This document shows positions 24,438 to 37,689 of a stretch of 64,000 nt of DNA, in pieces. The stretch lies in the NCBI GenBank assembly GCA_038496445.1, contig JALMLS010000183.1:1-64000 (forward strand), written 5' to 3'. The notes below the pieces were generated by a model. That model did not search any database. It worked only from the letters and a program-made list of their open reading frames with translations, and was not told where the DNA came from. Numbering within the stretch: position 1 is the first letter of the stretch; every line of letters starts with the position of its first letter. The DNA is from Trichosphaerium sp. ATCC 40318. Its lineage: Eukaryota > Protista > Tubulinea. The position numbers and the translations under genes are program-made.

Positions 24438-25910
24438 ATGGCCAAACATCTAAAAACCACCCTAAATACGTTAACACTGGACGCCATTTCAGTATTTTGT
24501 AACTATTTACCAATCAACTCAATACTGTCTTTTCGAATGACTTCAAAGAGATGTTTTCAAGGCGCTAACATATCTTACTTGAGACACATCTTAAACTTGA
24601 AAAAATATTTAAAAACAACACTTGATAATCACTACAAGGATCCTATTGCTGTCAAAAATCATTTGGGTACTAAGACAATGAATAATCTTTATGCATTGAA
24701 TGAATATATTAATTTGAAACGGGCTCCGAGGCCAAAAGGTAAGCTGTTTCTTTCCCTTTACCTGTACCATTGCTACTTACCTTGGTAAATAAAGGCACGA
24801 TTAAAAGATATTTATCATGGTTCTTCAGAAAGTCAAAAGTACATAGTAAAGCAAACGGACTGTTCTGTGAGTTTCAGTTGGATACAAAAGAAAATGAGGA
24901 TGAAGTCTATGGCGTTTGTAATTACTATAAACTATACAACTATCGTAATGAAAAGCTAGAACTTTCTATTGACGTGGAATTGAGTATTGGAGATTCAGAA
25001 TTAAATAAGATTATCAGCGGTAGTGAGATGTTTTGTGAAAACCTAGCAACAGTTGTAAGACTGAAAATGAAAGATGAGTATCAACATTTGGATGACGAGC
25101 AGTTTTGTATTCGAATCTTAAGGGATATTGGTCTAAAAAAAAACAACCTTTACCCTGCACATGAACTAGAAACTAATTTGAGTTGGCCGTACCCAGGCTT
25201 TGTTTTAAAAAGACAAATGCCAAAAGTACCACAATTTATTTCGCTTCTGGTAAACAAGTCATTTCATAAATACGTCACAAAGAGGATAACAGCAATCTTG
25301 GCACGTGTGGCAATTGAAAATACGAAAAAGAAGGATAAACAATATTTAAGGCGCTACACAAATAAGTCGTACGATGTTCAACCCAAATCAGTTGAGATGA
25401 TATCATGTGAATCTTGGAGAGTAGGTCATTGTGAATACCTATATGTGCGTGAATACCTATATGTGCGTGTTATTCTCTCTCTTCGTTTTATTGGTTTACT
25501 TATACTTTATCAAGGCTCTTGAGTATTTTGATATTGTCTATCGATATAAAGGTCATGTTGTCCACTGTACCTTTGAAAGTTATCAGTATGGAAGTACCTT
25601 CACTATGAAGATGAGCTTGGACAATACGCCTATTGCAGAATCGGTCACAAAAGCCTCCAGTACAACTATTACACCAAGAGCTTACATACCGTTCAACATT
25701 AGGAATACATTAAGACGTATATCTCCAAAAAAGTCTTCGTCAATTACTGATAGCATAGTATTCTTGGCTTCGTTGGCAGTTCGCTCATGTCCAATTATTA
25801 CAAAATGTGGAGAGACAGATAGTATGGGAAGGGGTCATCTTTTAAATGAACCATTACTAAATTCCTTTTTCCTTCATGTTCGTGATTGTGAACGAGATAA
25901 AAAGCAATAG
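24438..25910 (+). CDS. F-box-like protein of unknown function (3 exons)
   Basis: N-terminus LNTLTLDAISVFCNYLPINSILSFRMTSKRC is F-box-like. Three consecutive ORFs joined at GTAAGC...AG and GTGCGT...AAG. Confidence 0.65.
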
Positions 25911-26432
25911 ATTTTTATGTTCTATTCACAGTTGTTGAAAGAAATAAACTGTTGTTGCTATTCACAGACTCGAGAATTATTTTACTTGCTGGATTATTAT
26001 CCAATGAAAAGTTAGCACAAACACATATTACAAGCAATGTTGTAGATCTTATAATGTACAAGACATCTCAATAAAACAAAAACTTTCTACACAAGAGTAT
26101 TGTAGAAACCCAGTACGCCCAGATGGAAAGAGCTGTGCTGATAGACATACTCAACCTATCAAAGGAACACAAGAACCTAAACTAGGCAGAATCTGCCAAT
26201 ATAGAGCCTCCAGTTGCACGCCAGAGTAAACGCTTTCAGAAGGTTGAAAATACATTGTGATAAGTGTTACTCGTAGATGATTTGACTTAGTATAATAGAG
26301 ACGTGTATACTTTATTTGGCTTGCAAATTATCCTTTTTTTTTTTTCCTTCTTTTTTTCAATTACTTTTATTGACTTTACACATTTGCTAGTACCACAAAT
26401 TACAACCTCAATAGGCCGTTTATTCGCTAATT

Positions 26433-28049
26433 ATGGGTACCAAACAGTCTACAAAACGTAGAGAGAATACAAGCGCAAGAGGAAAACAAACGCCAACCAC
26501 TTCGCCTACAACGCTCTCAAACGATAAAATACCGCAGAAAAATGCTATTTCCAACACAACCAATAACCAAATTCCACAAAATAGCCAAATACAGCAAACA
26601 GCGATGAACACCGCAGGAGATGTACAAGGAGACAGTATTGAAGAAACAAAAGAGTCGCTGTCACAAAACGAACATCAAAAAGAACCGTTAGAGTACTCAG
26701 ACTGGATAGTCATTGAAGAAGGAGAAGAAGAACTGTTAGATCTCTTTCCAATGGAGATATGGGACCAAATCTTGTCATACCTCACGCCACAACAACGTGC
26801 ATTATCTTGTATTGTATCACGTGATTTTCACATGCTATGTAACAACGTGAGATTCTGGTCAAAAGCATTTAAAAAAAAATATAGACGAAGCATTCCAACA
26901 AGCACAGATCTTTATGACCAAATAGGATTCCCACATGAGAAGTACTGCTACTTTAGAGTACACTCTAATTATAAGGAGAACATGTCGAAGGGTATTTATA
27001 GACGGTGGGATTTCCAGTATGCTTATCCAAGTTTGTATCACTTTAACGGTTGTGCATTAAACCAAAAATGGTTGTTAATGCAAGGTCAGGGTGTTGATAA
27101 AGGGTATGTTTATAAACTTGATGATAGAGGTATTGATTGCTTACCTCTTGTAAATCCTAAACCTACCATACCTTTAAATAATTACATCTCAAAATTGGAT
27201 TGGATAGATGATGACACGTTTATTTTTGGTGGGTGGGGATTGGCTGGAGTAATACGATTACCAAATTCCGAGATGGTACAAGAGTTCAAGGTAATTATTT
27301 TCTTCTATCGAAAATTGCTTTAGCTTTTTTTGGAGCAGATATTTTTAGCTTCATCGTTAATCACTTGGAATCAGTTGTCCTAACACGTTTCTTAGCTACC
27401 CGTTACCAGTAAACGACAAGCGGATAATATTATATCAGGTGTTAGTTATAAAAATGGTAGAGCAATTTTAGCTGCAAGAGAAGGGAGCATGGCCATTTAT
27501 GACATTGAAAGAAACGAATCTATTTGGGTAGGTCCTTTTTCTTCAATGACTGATGTCGAAACAAGCGCAACATGGTGTGATGAGAATGTATTCAGTGTAG
27601 CTTTATGTCCACGGCAACCAAAAGGATATATGTATATCTGGGATTTACGTGCAAAACCACGTGTTACAGTAGAATTACCACGTGGACAATTCGCAAAAAG
27701 AGACTGTTTACATTTTTGGGAAAACGAGTTGGTTCTTGCTTCAGGATGTAAGGTAGACTTATATGACGTACGTAAGTTATCACAAGAACCTTCAAGAAGT
27801 GTTAGGGCATATAGCAATTGTAGGGGGTATTGTAAAGATGGAGTTATCTTGGCGGGAGCTGATAAAGTACAAGTTATTGATTTTAAAACACTTCAAGTCT
27901 TGGCATTGTTAGAAACACCAAAGCTTTGTAGGATGGTTTATTCTCTAGGTTGGACAGGCAGGTATTGTATGGCAAACTGCGGTCACAAAGTATGCTTTTG
28001 GGATTTCGATGCTTGTACTACTGAAATCATAGACACAGCACCAACTTAG
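26433..28049 (+). CDS. F-box / WD40-like propeller protein
   Basis: F-box LLDLFPMEIWDQILSYLTPQQRALSCIVSRDFHMLCNNVRFW; WD-like ends YIWDLR, VDLYDVR, VIDFKT, VCFWDF. N-terminal MGTKQS is a possible myristoylation signal. Confidence 0.85.
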
Positions 28050-28633
28050 TAGTTTTCTATTATTTTTGTGTATCATTTACGACATTTATTCCGCTGCTTG
28101 CGAATGTGTTTCCTTTGTTGTACTTCGCATCAAATAAACATTAACTTTCTTCTGGGATTTGAGACTTTTCTTAAGCGACATTGTACTTCAAGTGGCGTTA
28201 ACTAAGTTCTTTTTATTATTTTGAAAACGACAAGGAAGCTTCTACCAACACTTTTTTAGTATTCGTTTAATAAAAAGGCCTTTGAACGTACGCTTAGCGT
28301 TTTTGAAGTAAATACATTTTAACGAGCTTTATCAGTTTGAATAAAACGTGACGCGAACGGTTTTGAGCACGTGAGAACCGAAGGTACAGTATAAGACGAA
28401 AACTTGATGTTAGCGATGTTTTTACATGAAACGAAAGCAGCACTCGTTACTGTTTACAGCCGAGGCTTTTTTTAATTTTTCCGTAATTTAATCTCGGCCT
28501 ACCTTCTACTGGGCCTCCCAGTCTATTAATAGCGTAAAATACAGTTTTTTTTTTCTGAAAATCACGTGTTCTTTTTTACGCACACGTGTGAGTATGTAAC
28601 TTGTTTGTATTTAGGTTACTCACCTGTGTCCAC

Positions 28634-30055
28634 ATGTCATTGAAGCCAGGGCCATATTGCCTTGTTGACAACACATCCAGGACTCTACTAGATTTGCCTC
28701 GTGACATACAACGTTATTTATGTACATTCAATGAGGAAACGTTCAAGAAGTTTCATATCCTATCGAAAACAGCTGCAATCAATACACACTATAATAACAA
28801 CCTTGATAGAAACGGTATCTGGATGACATGGTATCCCTGTGGTGGTTTACACTCTCAATATGGTATAGTCACTGGTGAATACAACGGTGAATTTAAACAA
28901 TGGTTTGCGAATGGAAGCCTTCAACAACAATGTTGGATGGTTAATAACGGATGTAACGGCGAATTTAAACAGTGGTTCCAAAGCGGAAAACTTGAGTTAT
29001 GCTATCAGTATGTTGATGGCGTTCAAAGCGGTGACGCAAAAGTATGGTATGAAAACGGACAACTTAGTTGGCACCGTATTTATGCCAACAATAGACAAAA
29101 TGGTGAATGCAAACATTGGTTCCAGAGTGGAAACCTTTATAGTAAGTGCGTATATGTTGATGATAAGAAGGAGGGAGAGTACCTAACATGGTATGAGACA
29201 GGTCAACTCAAATTACAATATTACTGTGTTGCCGACAAAAAGAATGGTCCATTCAAGAGTTGGCATTCTAATGGACAGCTTAAATTAAAGTCAACCTATG
29301 TTAATGGTACTATAAATGGTATTAAGAAACAGTGGTATGATAGCGGACAACTCAAGCTACATTCCGCGTATGTTTCTGGTAAATTAAGTGGTGAAGCTAA
29401 ACAGTGGTATTACAATGGACAGATCATGTCACAAGACATGTTCGCTGATGATAAAGTAAATGGCGAAAGTAAAGAGTGGTATAACAATGGACAACTTGCT
29501 GTACTTTGTACAAATAGTGATGGTAAAAAGGTTGGAGAGTATAAGCAGTGGTATGATAATGGACAAATTGACTATCTATGCCACTACATTGACGACAACA
29601 AACATGGAGAGTACAAAAAGTGGCATAGAAATGGTCAATTGAAAGAGGAGTGCAAGTATGTGAACAATAAACAAGAAGGAGATTACAAGTCTTGGTACGA
29701 TAATGGTCAATTAAAAGAGCAGTGCTATTATGTCAATGGTAAATATAAAGGAGAAAGAAAGTCTTGGCATGACAACGGCCAATTGCAAGAGAAGTGCAAG
29801 TATGTGAGAAATAAGCGAAAAGGAGAGTATAAGTCTTGGTACAATAATGGGCAATTAAAAGAGCAGTGCTGTTATGTCAATGGTTCACGTGAAGGAGAGA
29901 GAAAGACTTGGTATGATAGTGGGCAATTGCGTGAGCATTGTATTTACATCCATGGTACACCACAAGGAGATTATAAGTGTTGGAATGTAAATGGTAGATT
30001 AATTCACTCTCTCGTTTATGTTAATGGTAAAGTGAGAGCGATAAAAGTGGTTTGA
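28634..30055 (+). CDS. F-box-like + MORN-variant (YwqK-type) repeat protein, intronless CDS
   Basis: LLDLPRDIQRYLCTF followed by ~17 24-aa repeats of the type GEYKSWYDNGQLKEQCYYVNGK. Confidence 0.9.
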   Translation: MSLKPGPYCLVDNTSRTLLDLPRDIQRYLCTFNEETFKKFHILSKTAAINTHYNNNLDRNGIWMTWYPCGGLHSQYGIVTGEYNGEFKQWFANGSLQQQCWMVNNGCNGEFKQWFQSGKLELCYQYVDGVQSGDAKVWYENGQLSWHRIYANNRQNGECKHWFQSGNLYSKCVYVDDKKEGEYLTWYETGQLKLQYYCVADKKNGPFKSWHSNGQLKLKSTYVNGTINGIKKQWYDSGQLKLHSAYVSGKLSGEAKQWYYNGQIMSQDMFADDKVNGESKEWYNNGQLAVLCTNSDGKKVGEYKQWYDNGQIDYLCHYIDDNKHGEYKKWHRNGQLKEECKYVNNKQEGDYKSWYDNGQLKEQCYYVNGKYKGERKSWHDNGQLQEKCKYVRNKRKGEYKSWYNNGQLKEQCCYVNGSREGERKTWYDSGQLREHCIYIHGTPQGDYKCWNVNGRLIHSLVYVNGKVRAIKVV

Positions 30056-30421
30056 GACAAATATGGACAAACTAAAGAAGCTAGTAACATATAAAACACA
30101 TAGAAACGGTTAGTTTGAAAAAAACAAGGAGCTTTTAAACGTTAGTAGATTCATGTTAAACTGACTAAAAACAATCGTAATGTAACCAATGTATGCATTT
30201 GATTCTGTTGCTCGTTCGTCGATATTTCCAATCCGTTTTTTGTTACTAACACGTGACTTTTCCTCCAAACACATCGTTTACGTTATGAAGTCTAATCACG
30301 TGATTTAAGATTGCACCAGAGACAAGCGCTCTGGCCATGAATATGAACTGTTTAGCGATGCTAGTAAAACGCTAAATAGTAATAAAACTGTAACAGCTAT
30401 CTATGAAGCAAGCCACGCTGT

Positions 30422-32524
30422 TTATTTATTTTTATATTTATATAAGTACACAACATACGCACTAGTAATTACTATGATAATAAGTATAATCAATAGTGGC
30501 ACCGTCACCAATACAGCTACATTGCCAGAACTGTTCAGACTGGATCTGACTTGGAGTGTAAACACTGAATACTTTCCAGTTGTGCTTCTTTGCGTTGATA
30601 CAATCTGATTGTCTTTAGTACTCACTGTTGGTTCAGGTATATCTTCACAAAACTTGGCTTGCTGTATTATCACGTTAAGGTTCTATGCACGTGTCAGAAA
30701 TTATGGCAATTTTAGTGTTTTGTGTTGCTTTTCAACATACTTGGTGTCCAGTTGCATCAAGTGAGAATAAACCTGATAGGCAACTCTGAACCACTATTTT
30801 TGTTTCTTCCAATAGCGGGACCAAAATAGTGTTTGATAGTGTAGCATTGCCTACGCATATTCAGGAATAAAGAAAGTAACGATGGGTTTTTGGACTGTCA
30901 CGTGACAAAAAATTGTAAAATAGAAATCGTACCAGTGACAAAAATACCATAAAACTCTACAATAGTTGTGGAAGGTATGAAATCGCCTGTTTTTAAGAAA
31001 TAATTAGTGAGTTCCTTAGATCTTTGTTTGATTGCTTGAGTGTACCATATACTCTTATGTTTCTATCAATCTCACAAAATGGAAAAAAACCGCCTATACT
31101 CCCGCTAGCAAAATTACAAGGCCAATCTTCCCAGCCTCTATTAGCCCTAACAGTGTAAGAAGTACGCCCAGAAAATTACAGAAAAAACAAGGTACCATAA
31201 AATACAATATTCGTTCCCTTTTCGATCTGGTTGTCCAGATGTCCATGGTTTATCGCTTGTATCATTACCGATTGTTATTTCTTCTTCTGTTACATCCTGT
31301 ATGAAGTATGAGCAAGAACACAAACTCAGTTGGTAACAGCAAACTCAACAATTTGCACAATCTTCTTTCTTAAGTTTATACCCATGATAAATCTGGTTTG
31401 GTAGTGAACAGACTTGTAAGCCCTATCCATATATTCTTGTTATTTCTCATTTCATCAACAAAATCGAGCTCCTCCTGCGAGTTTAATGTCACCATGTATC
31501 CTCCATGTTTCATACATAGCCCTTTTTTTAACATCAAAACAAGACAACATTGAAACTAGTTGGGTTTTTTTTGACCTATTTAATACAATCGCGTATTGTT
31601 TTAGCAATGTACCTTGGGCTTTAACGAATGGTGCTTTTACTGTTGAGCCAAATGTATAGCAATGCCCTAGGATATAAAGATTAACAATTGACACGTGTAC
31701 ATTACATAAACAAGCTACTCTTCTTGCCTTGAAATTCAGAGCATGATACGTTTTTCATTACATCAATACATGGTTTACTCGAGGTATTACTAGAATCTGA
31801 CGCTTCACAGACAAAGTGATTGGCATCAGCTCCACAACCCAACGCCTAAATGGAGGCAATCAATATTTAGGATTATTGCCAAAGTGGGAATAATGCGGAG
31901 TCAAAAAAATCTTTTTTTTATCGCTAGCGGAGTGTTTTAATAAAAAAAACTAAACGGTATGTACCCCGTCTTTAAATTGAGGGTAGTTCGCACAAACATT
32001 GTTAACGAAACCCACTTGCGCTATACTTATGTGTGGCGGAGATCCATCGTGCCAGTTCCACGTGCTTCCATCAGAATGCCCGTCAAGACGCAGAGCCTAT
32101 TCCGTATGTAAGAAAAGGATAATAACCCATTTCAAAAAAAGGTCCCCGAATTGTTTTTACGAACACCGCAGATAAGCGCAAGACCACTAGTATCATATGA
32201 GACTCGCAGTCCAAAAATAAAGCAGTATCAAATTATTTAGAACTCAGCCAAAACGCACAGGAAAATAAGTCATCACAGACGCCTCCAAGCCACTGCTTAT
32301 CACCAATGGTGTAGATCCTGAATAATTTACCTTTTAAAAAGATTCTCAAAAGATAACAGCGTACCTGATGGGCAGGTCGCGTTCTCAGCACCATTTACAA
32401 AGTTGTACAAGCGATACTCTTGATTGTTCCAAACGCATGATGAAACAAATTCAATACAACAAGCACTGGGTAAACAGCATACTACAAGTGCGAATACAGC
32501 CAATGATGTGTATAAAACTGTCAT
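30422..32524 (-). CDS. Type I membrane protein with C-type-lectin-like domains (multi-exon)
   Basis: Signal peptide; TWNWHDGSP; NHFVCE; FQGHCYTF; ELDFVDEMRNNKNIWIGL; C-terminal TM VAVLVTVPLLIILIIIVITSAYVVYLY. Confidence 0.7.
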
Positions 32525-32699
32525 TTAGATTTTACTTTATTAATTTATCACGTGTTATTTTTCGTTGAAACTGTTTAAGTCAACAACCTCTTTCAAAAAG
32601 TGTTGCGAGCCTGGTAGGCTACAACCTAACGCGTATAGTACGTATGCTCAAACCTGAGTGGTTAAAAGATACGACCTTAGTAACTATACTCACCGTTTT

Positions 32700-33270
32700 G
32701 ATGCAGGATTCCATCAGTATGGCGACACTTTCGAGCAAGTTAAGCATCTACATTCAGCACTAAATACAAGATGTCACATGCCAAACCTATTCAGTTGTAT
32801 ATCTATGGTGCCTTTAGTAATTCGTGAAAGAGTTTTTGAGCAACCATAGAGTCTCTTTGTTTACGTCTTAAGATGTTCTACAACTTGTTGAGATCTATAG
32901 GAATCCAGTGTAATTGCCTAAAACTTCTAGATAATAGTACATGCCTACCGACGTAAGTGAATGTGTAGGTTAGCAGTAGTAATAATGCTTGCCATAATTT
33001 TGTGACTCATTCAAAGAGATTTGGAGTCATACCTACTTGTAAACAGTATATCGGACAAGAGAAGGAGTCATATAGGTACACGGAAAGTCATTTAGGACGT
33101 TAGTTAATGTCACCTGTAGCACGTGTTAATTTTATTAGCAGTCCAGGGACTCGTTTTTGCTTAGCACAATCGTTGTAAGTAGTATCGCGATGTAGTAATA
33201 CAGTTATGTTGGATGTTTTTACATCACCATCAATGTACTAGCTTACACTACTTGTACCTATTACGCAGTA
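32700..33270 (+). pseudogene. Internally deleted remnant of the F-box locus at 41.3-43.3 kb
   Basis: aggattccatcagtatg...catgccaaacctattcagttgtatatctatggt and gagatctataggaatccagtgtaatt match 41558-41845; agagatttggagtcata matches ~43172. Confidence 0.8.
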
Positions 33271-33917
33271 TTTGAAAAAAAAAAAAATTTACATTGAGAA
33301 AAAGCGAATGTTTTCCTGATTGATTAAGGAGAAGGACGCTTTTTAGTTCTTTCATAGATATCTCTTTTCGTAGTGTGAACGAAATTTTAAAAAATGAAGT
33401 TGTTCTGAGCTGTTACGAGACTTTTGATAAACAATATATTCACTGCGTTTGGTGTTTTGTCACTTTGAGGACGTTTAGAAACTCAAACAGGTTGTATTCA
33501 TCCTAAAACGTGTATCGAACAGATACAAGCATTCTTTTGTGTACTGAGTATTGTTATTAGCGACGGAGATAAGGGCTGTAGAGACTGGTGACTCGTTTAT
33601 TTCACAAATGACTTCTTTTTGCACACTAAAAATTTGTACTCGAATGCTTCATCTCCTCTTTGTACACCCAATCGTACACATAGGTGATCTAATGTCGATT
33701 TTATTTCGTTTTCTGAATGTAAATAAATTCGTTAACACTGTAAAGATGAATCGTCCATGTACGTTTATTGGAGACTAAATGACAAACATATCACGAAACA
33801 TCTCAATTTCTACAAGAAAACTCGCAAAAAAAACATAATTCTTGAAGCCACAACTCAACAGCCACTCCTCCTCCTCTCAAACAATAACCAAAAGCTCTAC
33901 CGGTTCCTACAGTATCC

Positions 33918-36900
33918 ATGTCAGCCAACAAGAGGGATGATGATGACGGTACGTTGTTCATTATTTCGTTTTAAACTTGTCAAAAACGTTCAAAAATAAA
34001 TCGCTTTTCTTTGATTAAAATACCTACAACGTACCTGCCCTTTCTTTTTCTGCAGCCGCTTTAGAACCTTTTTTTTTCGATATCGATTTTTCGATCAACT
34101 TCGAAGTTGAAACTCAACAAAAAGTCAAAAATTTTTTTTGAGATTATCTCGCACCCAAGTCAACATCTTTTTTTTCTTTCTTGCACCAACCGATGTACCG
34201 TTCGTAACCGATTAATAACAGGTGACTACATGGACAACAAAGAAGAGCGTATACCATGGCGCGAGAAGCAGTCTCGAGCAAATTTTAAAAAACACATCGC
34301 GGCTTTGAGTGAGGCGGAGCCTGAGTTTGTTTTAAGCCTTGGATCGTGTATGAAGCTCAAAGGAGAAGATGTTGAGAGCATTGCAGAGCAAATTGAGGCA
34401 ACAAATGAAACAAGTACGTAATAGCACTTCTATACGCAATCAAAACGCGATTTTTATTATTTTAACTCTTCAAAAACGTTAGCAACTTCTTTTTGAAAAC
34501 AAACACTGCCCAGCTCGTTTTGGCGCTTTCAAACCGCGCCTCATTTATATCGCGCTCCTTCAAAGGCGTTTTAACAAAAAAAAATTTCAAAATCGCTTAA
34601 ACCAACGCGACACGCGCATACTCGCGTAGAAAGCGAGTTTTATCTCTCTTTATGGTGTTATTGTGAACTAAATCATTGTTTGTAGACAAACTGCTCAGGC
34701 TGACTGTGCCCGAGTTACAAAATATAGCCAAGGCTCTTGGGTTTGGTGGAAGCTTGCCAAATAAAGCTAGTTGGGTTTGGCAAATACTCAGCTTGCGTTA
34801 TCCTGAAGACACAATTACAAGTACGAACCGCTTTTTTTTTTTTTGAACCAAATCAATTATTTCTTCGTAAACAGCACGTTTGTGCACGTGACTGCGCTCA
34901 GAGTTTTTAGTGGGGTTATTTTTTGTTAACATAACCTTTGTTAGATACAGCGTTTCGTTCTAAAAAGCGTAAGGGCACGGGAACGTCACGTGCACCAAAG
35001 AAGAACTCAAAGCGTGTCAAGATTCGGAAAACAAAAAAAAAAGCTGTACCGCGTACAGCACGTGCCCAACAAGCACAAGACGATATACAGGATACATACG
35101 AAATGTCTGCGATAAAAAAAAATAGGTTTTCTAGCGTTTTAGCTGCAGTTGCCAATCTTGAAAAGCAGCAAAAAAAGCAGCGCGAAGAATACCAAGAAGC
35201 TGAGAAGCGCCACAAAGAATCTGAGAAGCGCCGTGAAGAAGCTGAGAAGCGCCGTGAAGAGCAGCAAAAAAAGCAGCACGAAGAATACAAAGAAGTTGAG
35301 AAGCGCCGTGAAGAGCAGCAAAAAAAGCAGCACGAAGAATACAAAGAAGTTGAGAAGCGCCGTGAAGAGCAATATCGAGAACTTGAGAAGCGTAATGAAG
35401 AGCAATATCAAGAACTTGAGAAGAAACACCAAGAAGCTAAGAAGCTCCATGAAGAAACTACAAAGAAATTAGAACAAGAGATAGCTAAGTTCATAACATC
35501 AATGAGAAGCTATCAATTCATCAAGTTATCATCAATTTCTGTTATGTGTACGCTTTTTTTTTTTCACGTTTTTTTTTTATTTTTATGCTCATTTTACATT
35601 CAGGGTATTCTGCTTGCTTCCGTAGGAGTAAGCATAAAAAAGATGACCACAAGTTTTGGATTGTGGTGGAAGCTGCTGATGTACTCGCAACATTCAGCTA
35701 TGTTGATCCAAACGCAGCTGAACTAAATATTACCATTCAACGCGCAGCAGAGAACCAATTGGCAAAGATTCAAAGACGTAAACCTAAGAAACTTCTTGCA
35801 GAGCACATACTTAATAAATATGTGTTTACTCTAGTGGATTCAGCAGAGTGTCCGTTTTTAAAGGTACACAAGAGGTTCAATGTGTTAATTTCCAACAGCT
35901 AATTTTTTGTTATTATTACAGGTCATTGATTCGCATGACACGCTTGTGTTTACTGGTTATGGTATCGCTAAAAAGCAGCGCCCAGATCTTGTATTTACAG
36001 CCAATATAAAGGGTATTAATACAAAGAAACCAGACTTGCTTCAGGTGGTGATGGTGTGGGAAATTAAAGATGGTGAACTAAACGAGACCGCCAAAGGCCA
36101 ATGCATGTACGTGCTTTTTCTGCTGATACTTTGTTTGTTTTTCTGACCTGCTATCAGGGCGTCTTTGGCAGGTATTATGGCTGTACAAAGCCCGAGAAAG
36201 CACATCACAGGTGCTCTAATGAACAGAGAGAATGTGATATTCATTCGTTTGGAATGGTATGGTAGAGATGCACCCGAGCCATACATGTACCATTTTACAA
36301 AACCGTATGCTATAAATACACCAAACGCTGAAGGGTGTAGAATGATCAGCGAGCTCTTGAGCTGTACCCCTAAAGAGCTAGGGTGGAGTTACCCTAAACT
36401 CATAATAAACGGTACAGAATGTACACCCCGAAAACAGTTGGGGAGTGGAGCGACATCTTCTGTCTATCAGGTGGACGTCAATAAAAAGAAAGTGGCAGTT
36501 AAAATCTTTCAAATCAAATACACTGCAATGGCTGCTCACGAGGAGAATGTGCTTATACACCTGAACAAGTTAGAGATAGACGGCATCCCAACTTTTGTAC
36601 GTGTAACTTTTTTTTGTTGTCTCTGTGTTTCAATAACATTTTGTAATAGGTTGATTCAGGCAAAACAACAGAGGATATTCCATACATTGCTACAACACCT
36701 GTTTGTACGCGCGTGAAGAGCTTCTCTGAGTGCCCATCGTTCTCTTCTGTTGTATGTATTTTAGAGAATATACATAAAGCTGGATTTGTCCATCGGTATG
36801 TCCGTGAACAACATGAACTGTTTTACTCACTTTTTCTGTTTAGAGATGTCAGTGATTCAAATATCATGGTTTTTGAAGGAGAACCGTGTCTTGTTGATTG

Positions 36901-37291
36901 GGGAACTGCCGTTAAATTGGCTACCCTCGAGCAATATTCAGGAACTGTCATGTTCGCCAGTTTGGATGTTCTCAAACATCGCGTCGATTGTGATAAACAA
37001 GTTGTTTGTAAGCCTTGCCATGATCTCATATCCTTAGTTCATGTCTACATCCGCTTTCACTGCCGAGAGGATATCATAGTCCTCTTACACAATGCATTCG
37101 GTGAGCTTAACATTGACAAAGGGCTTGAGCAACCAGCATACAAAACATTCGTTAACATGTGGACAGAGTTGGAAAAGATACCTCAGTATAAAAAAGCTAT
37201 GGACTTGGCACGTGCCACTGACTACAAAGGCCTTAAAGAGTTCTTTGAATATCACACGCCTGATTATGACAAAATTAGAGCAATAAAATAA
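33918..37291 (+). CDS. SAP/HEH + coiled-coil + PD-(D/E)xK nuclease-like + protein kinase (Crinkler CR-effector / FunK1-like architecture)
   Basis: LLRLTVPELQNIAKALGFGGSLPNKASWVWQIL; QRPDLVF...VVMVWEIKDGELNETAKGQ; kinase motifs LGSGATSSVY, VAVK, HEENVL, FVHRDVSDSNIM, LVDWGTA, YSGTVMFAS, HDLISL. Exons join in frame. Confidence 0.85.
35160..35430 (+). repeat. Coding tandem repeat (21-bp and 60-bp units) building the coiled coil
   Basis: gagaagcgccgtgaagagcagcaaaaaaagcagcacgaagaatacaaagaagtt duplicated exactly; EKRREEQ heptad-like units. Confidence 0.9.
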
Positions 37292-37424
37292 TGTAAAATA
37301 AATGTAAAATAAATGTACAATAATCACTTTTGTAAAAGAATAGATCAACCATCGTATACTTTGACACTGTAAGGAACAACATGACTATAAAGTTACACTT
37401 GAGCGTCTGCTTGGCATTTGCCTT

Positions 37425-37640
37425 GCAGGGCATTCTGCACGCTATCGTAGGAGTAAGCATAAAAGACAAAGTCACACCTTGGATTGTGGATGGATAAACT
37501 TAACTTAAAACTACAGCATTCCAAAGAAAACCAGTGTTCAAGGACGTGAGCCTTCAACAATACTTACTGAACACACACGTTAACTGCAATGGCCGCACAT
37601 GCTACAGTAATTAACGAAGAATAAGTTAGAGATAGGCGTC
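37425..37640 (+). pseudogene. Collapsed remnant of a second nuclease-kinase gene copy
   Basis: cgtaggagtaagcataaaa..ttggattgtgg matches ~35602-35667; actgcaatggc matches ~36522; aagttagagatag matches ~36567. Confidence 0.65.
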
Positions 37641-37689
37641 ATAATGTGAACAAATTAACGGCACACAGCAATCTTGTGTAATTTTTGTA

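Noticed and set aside
34916-35472. Antisense and alternate-frame ORFs over the coiled-coil repeat (and likewise over the MORN and LRR genes)
   Set aside because: Shadow ORFs caused by repetitive coding sequence.
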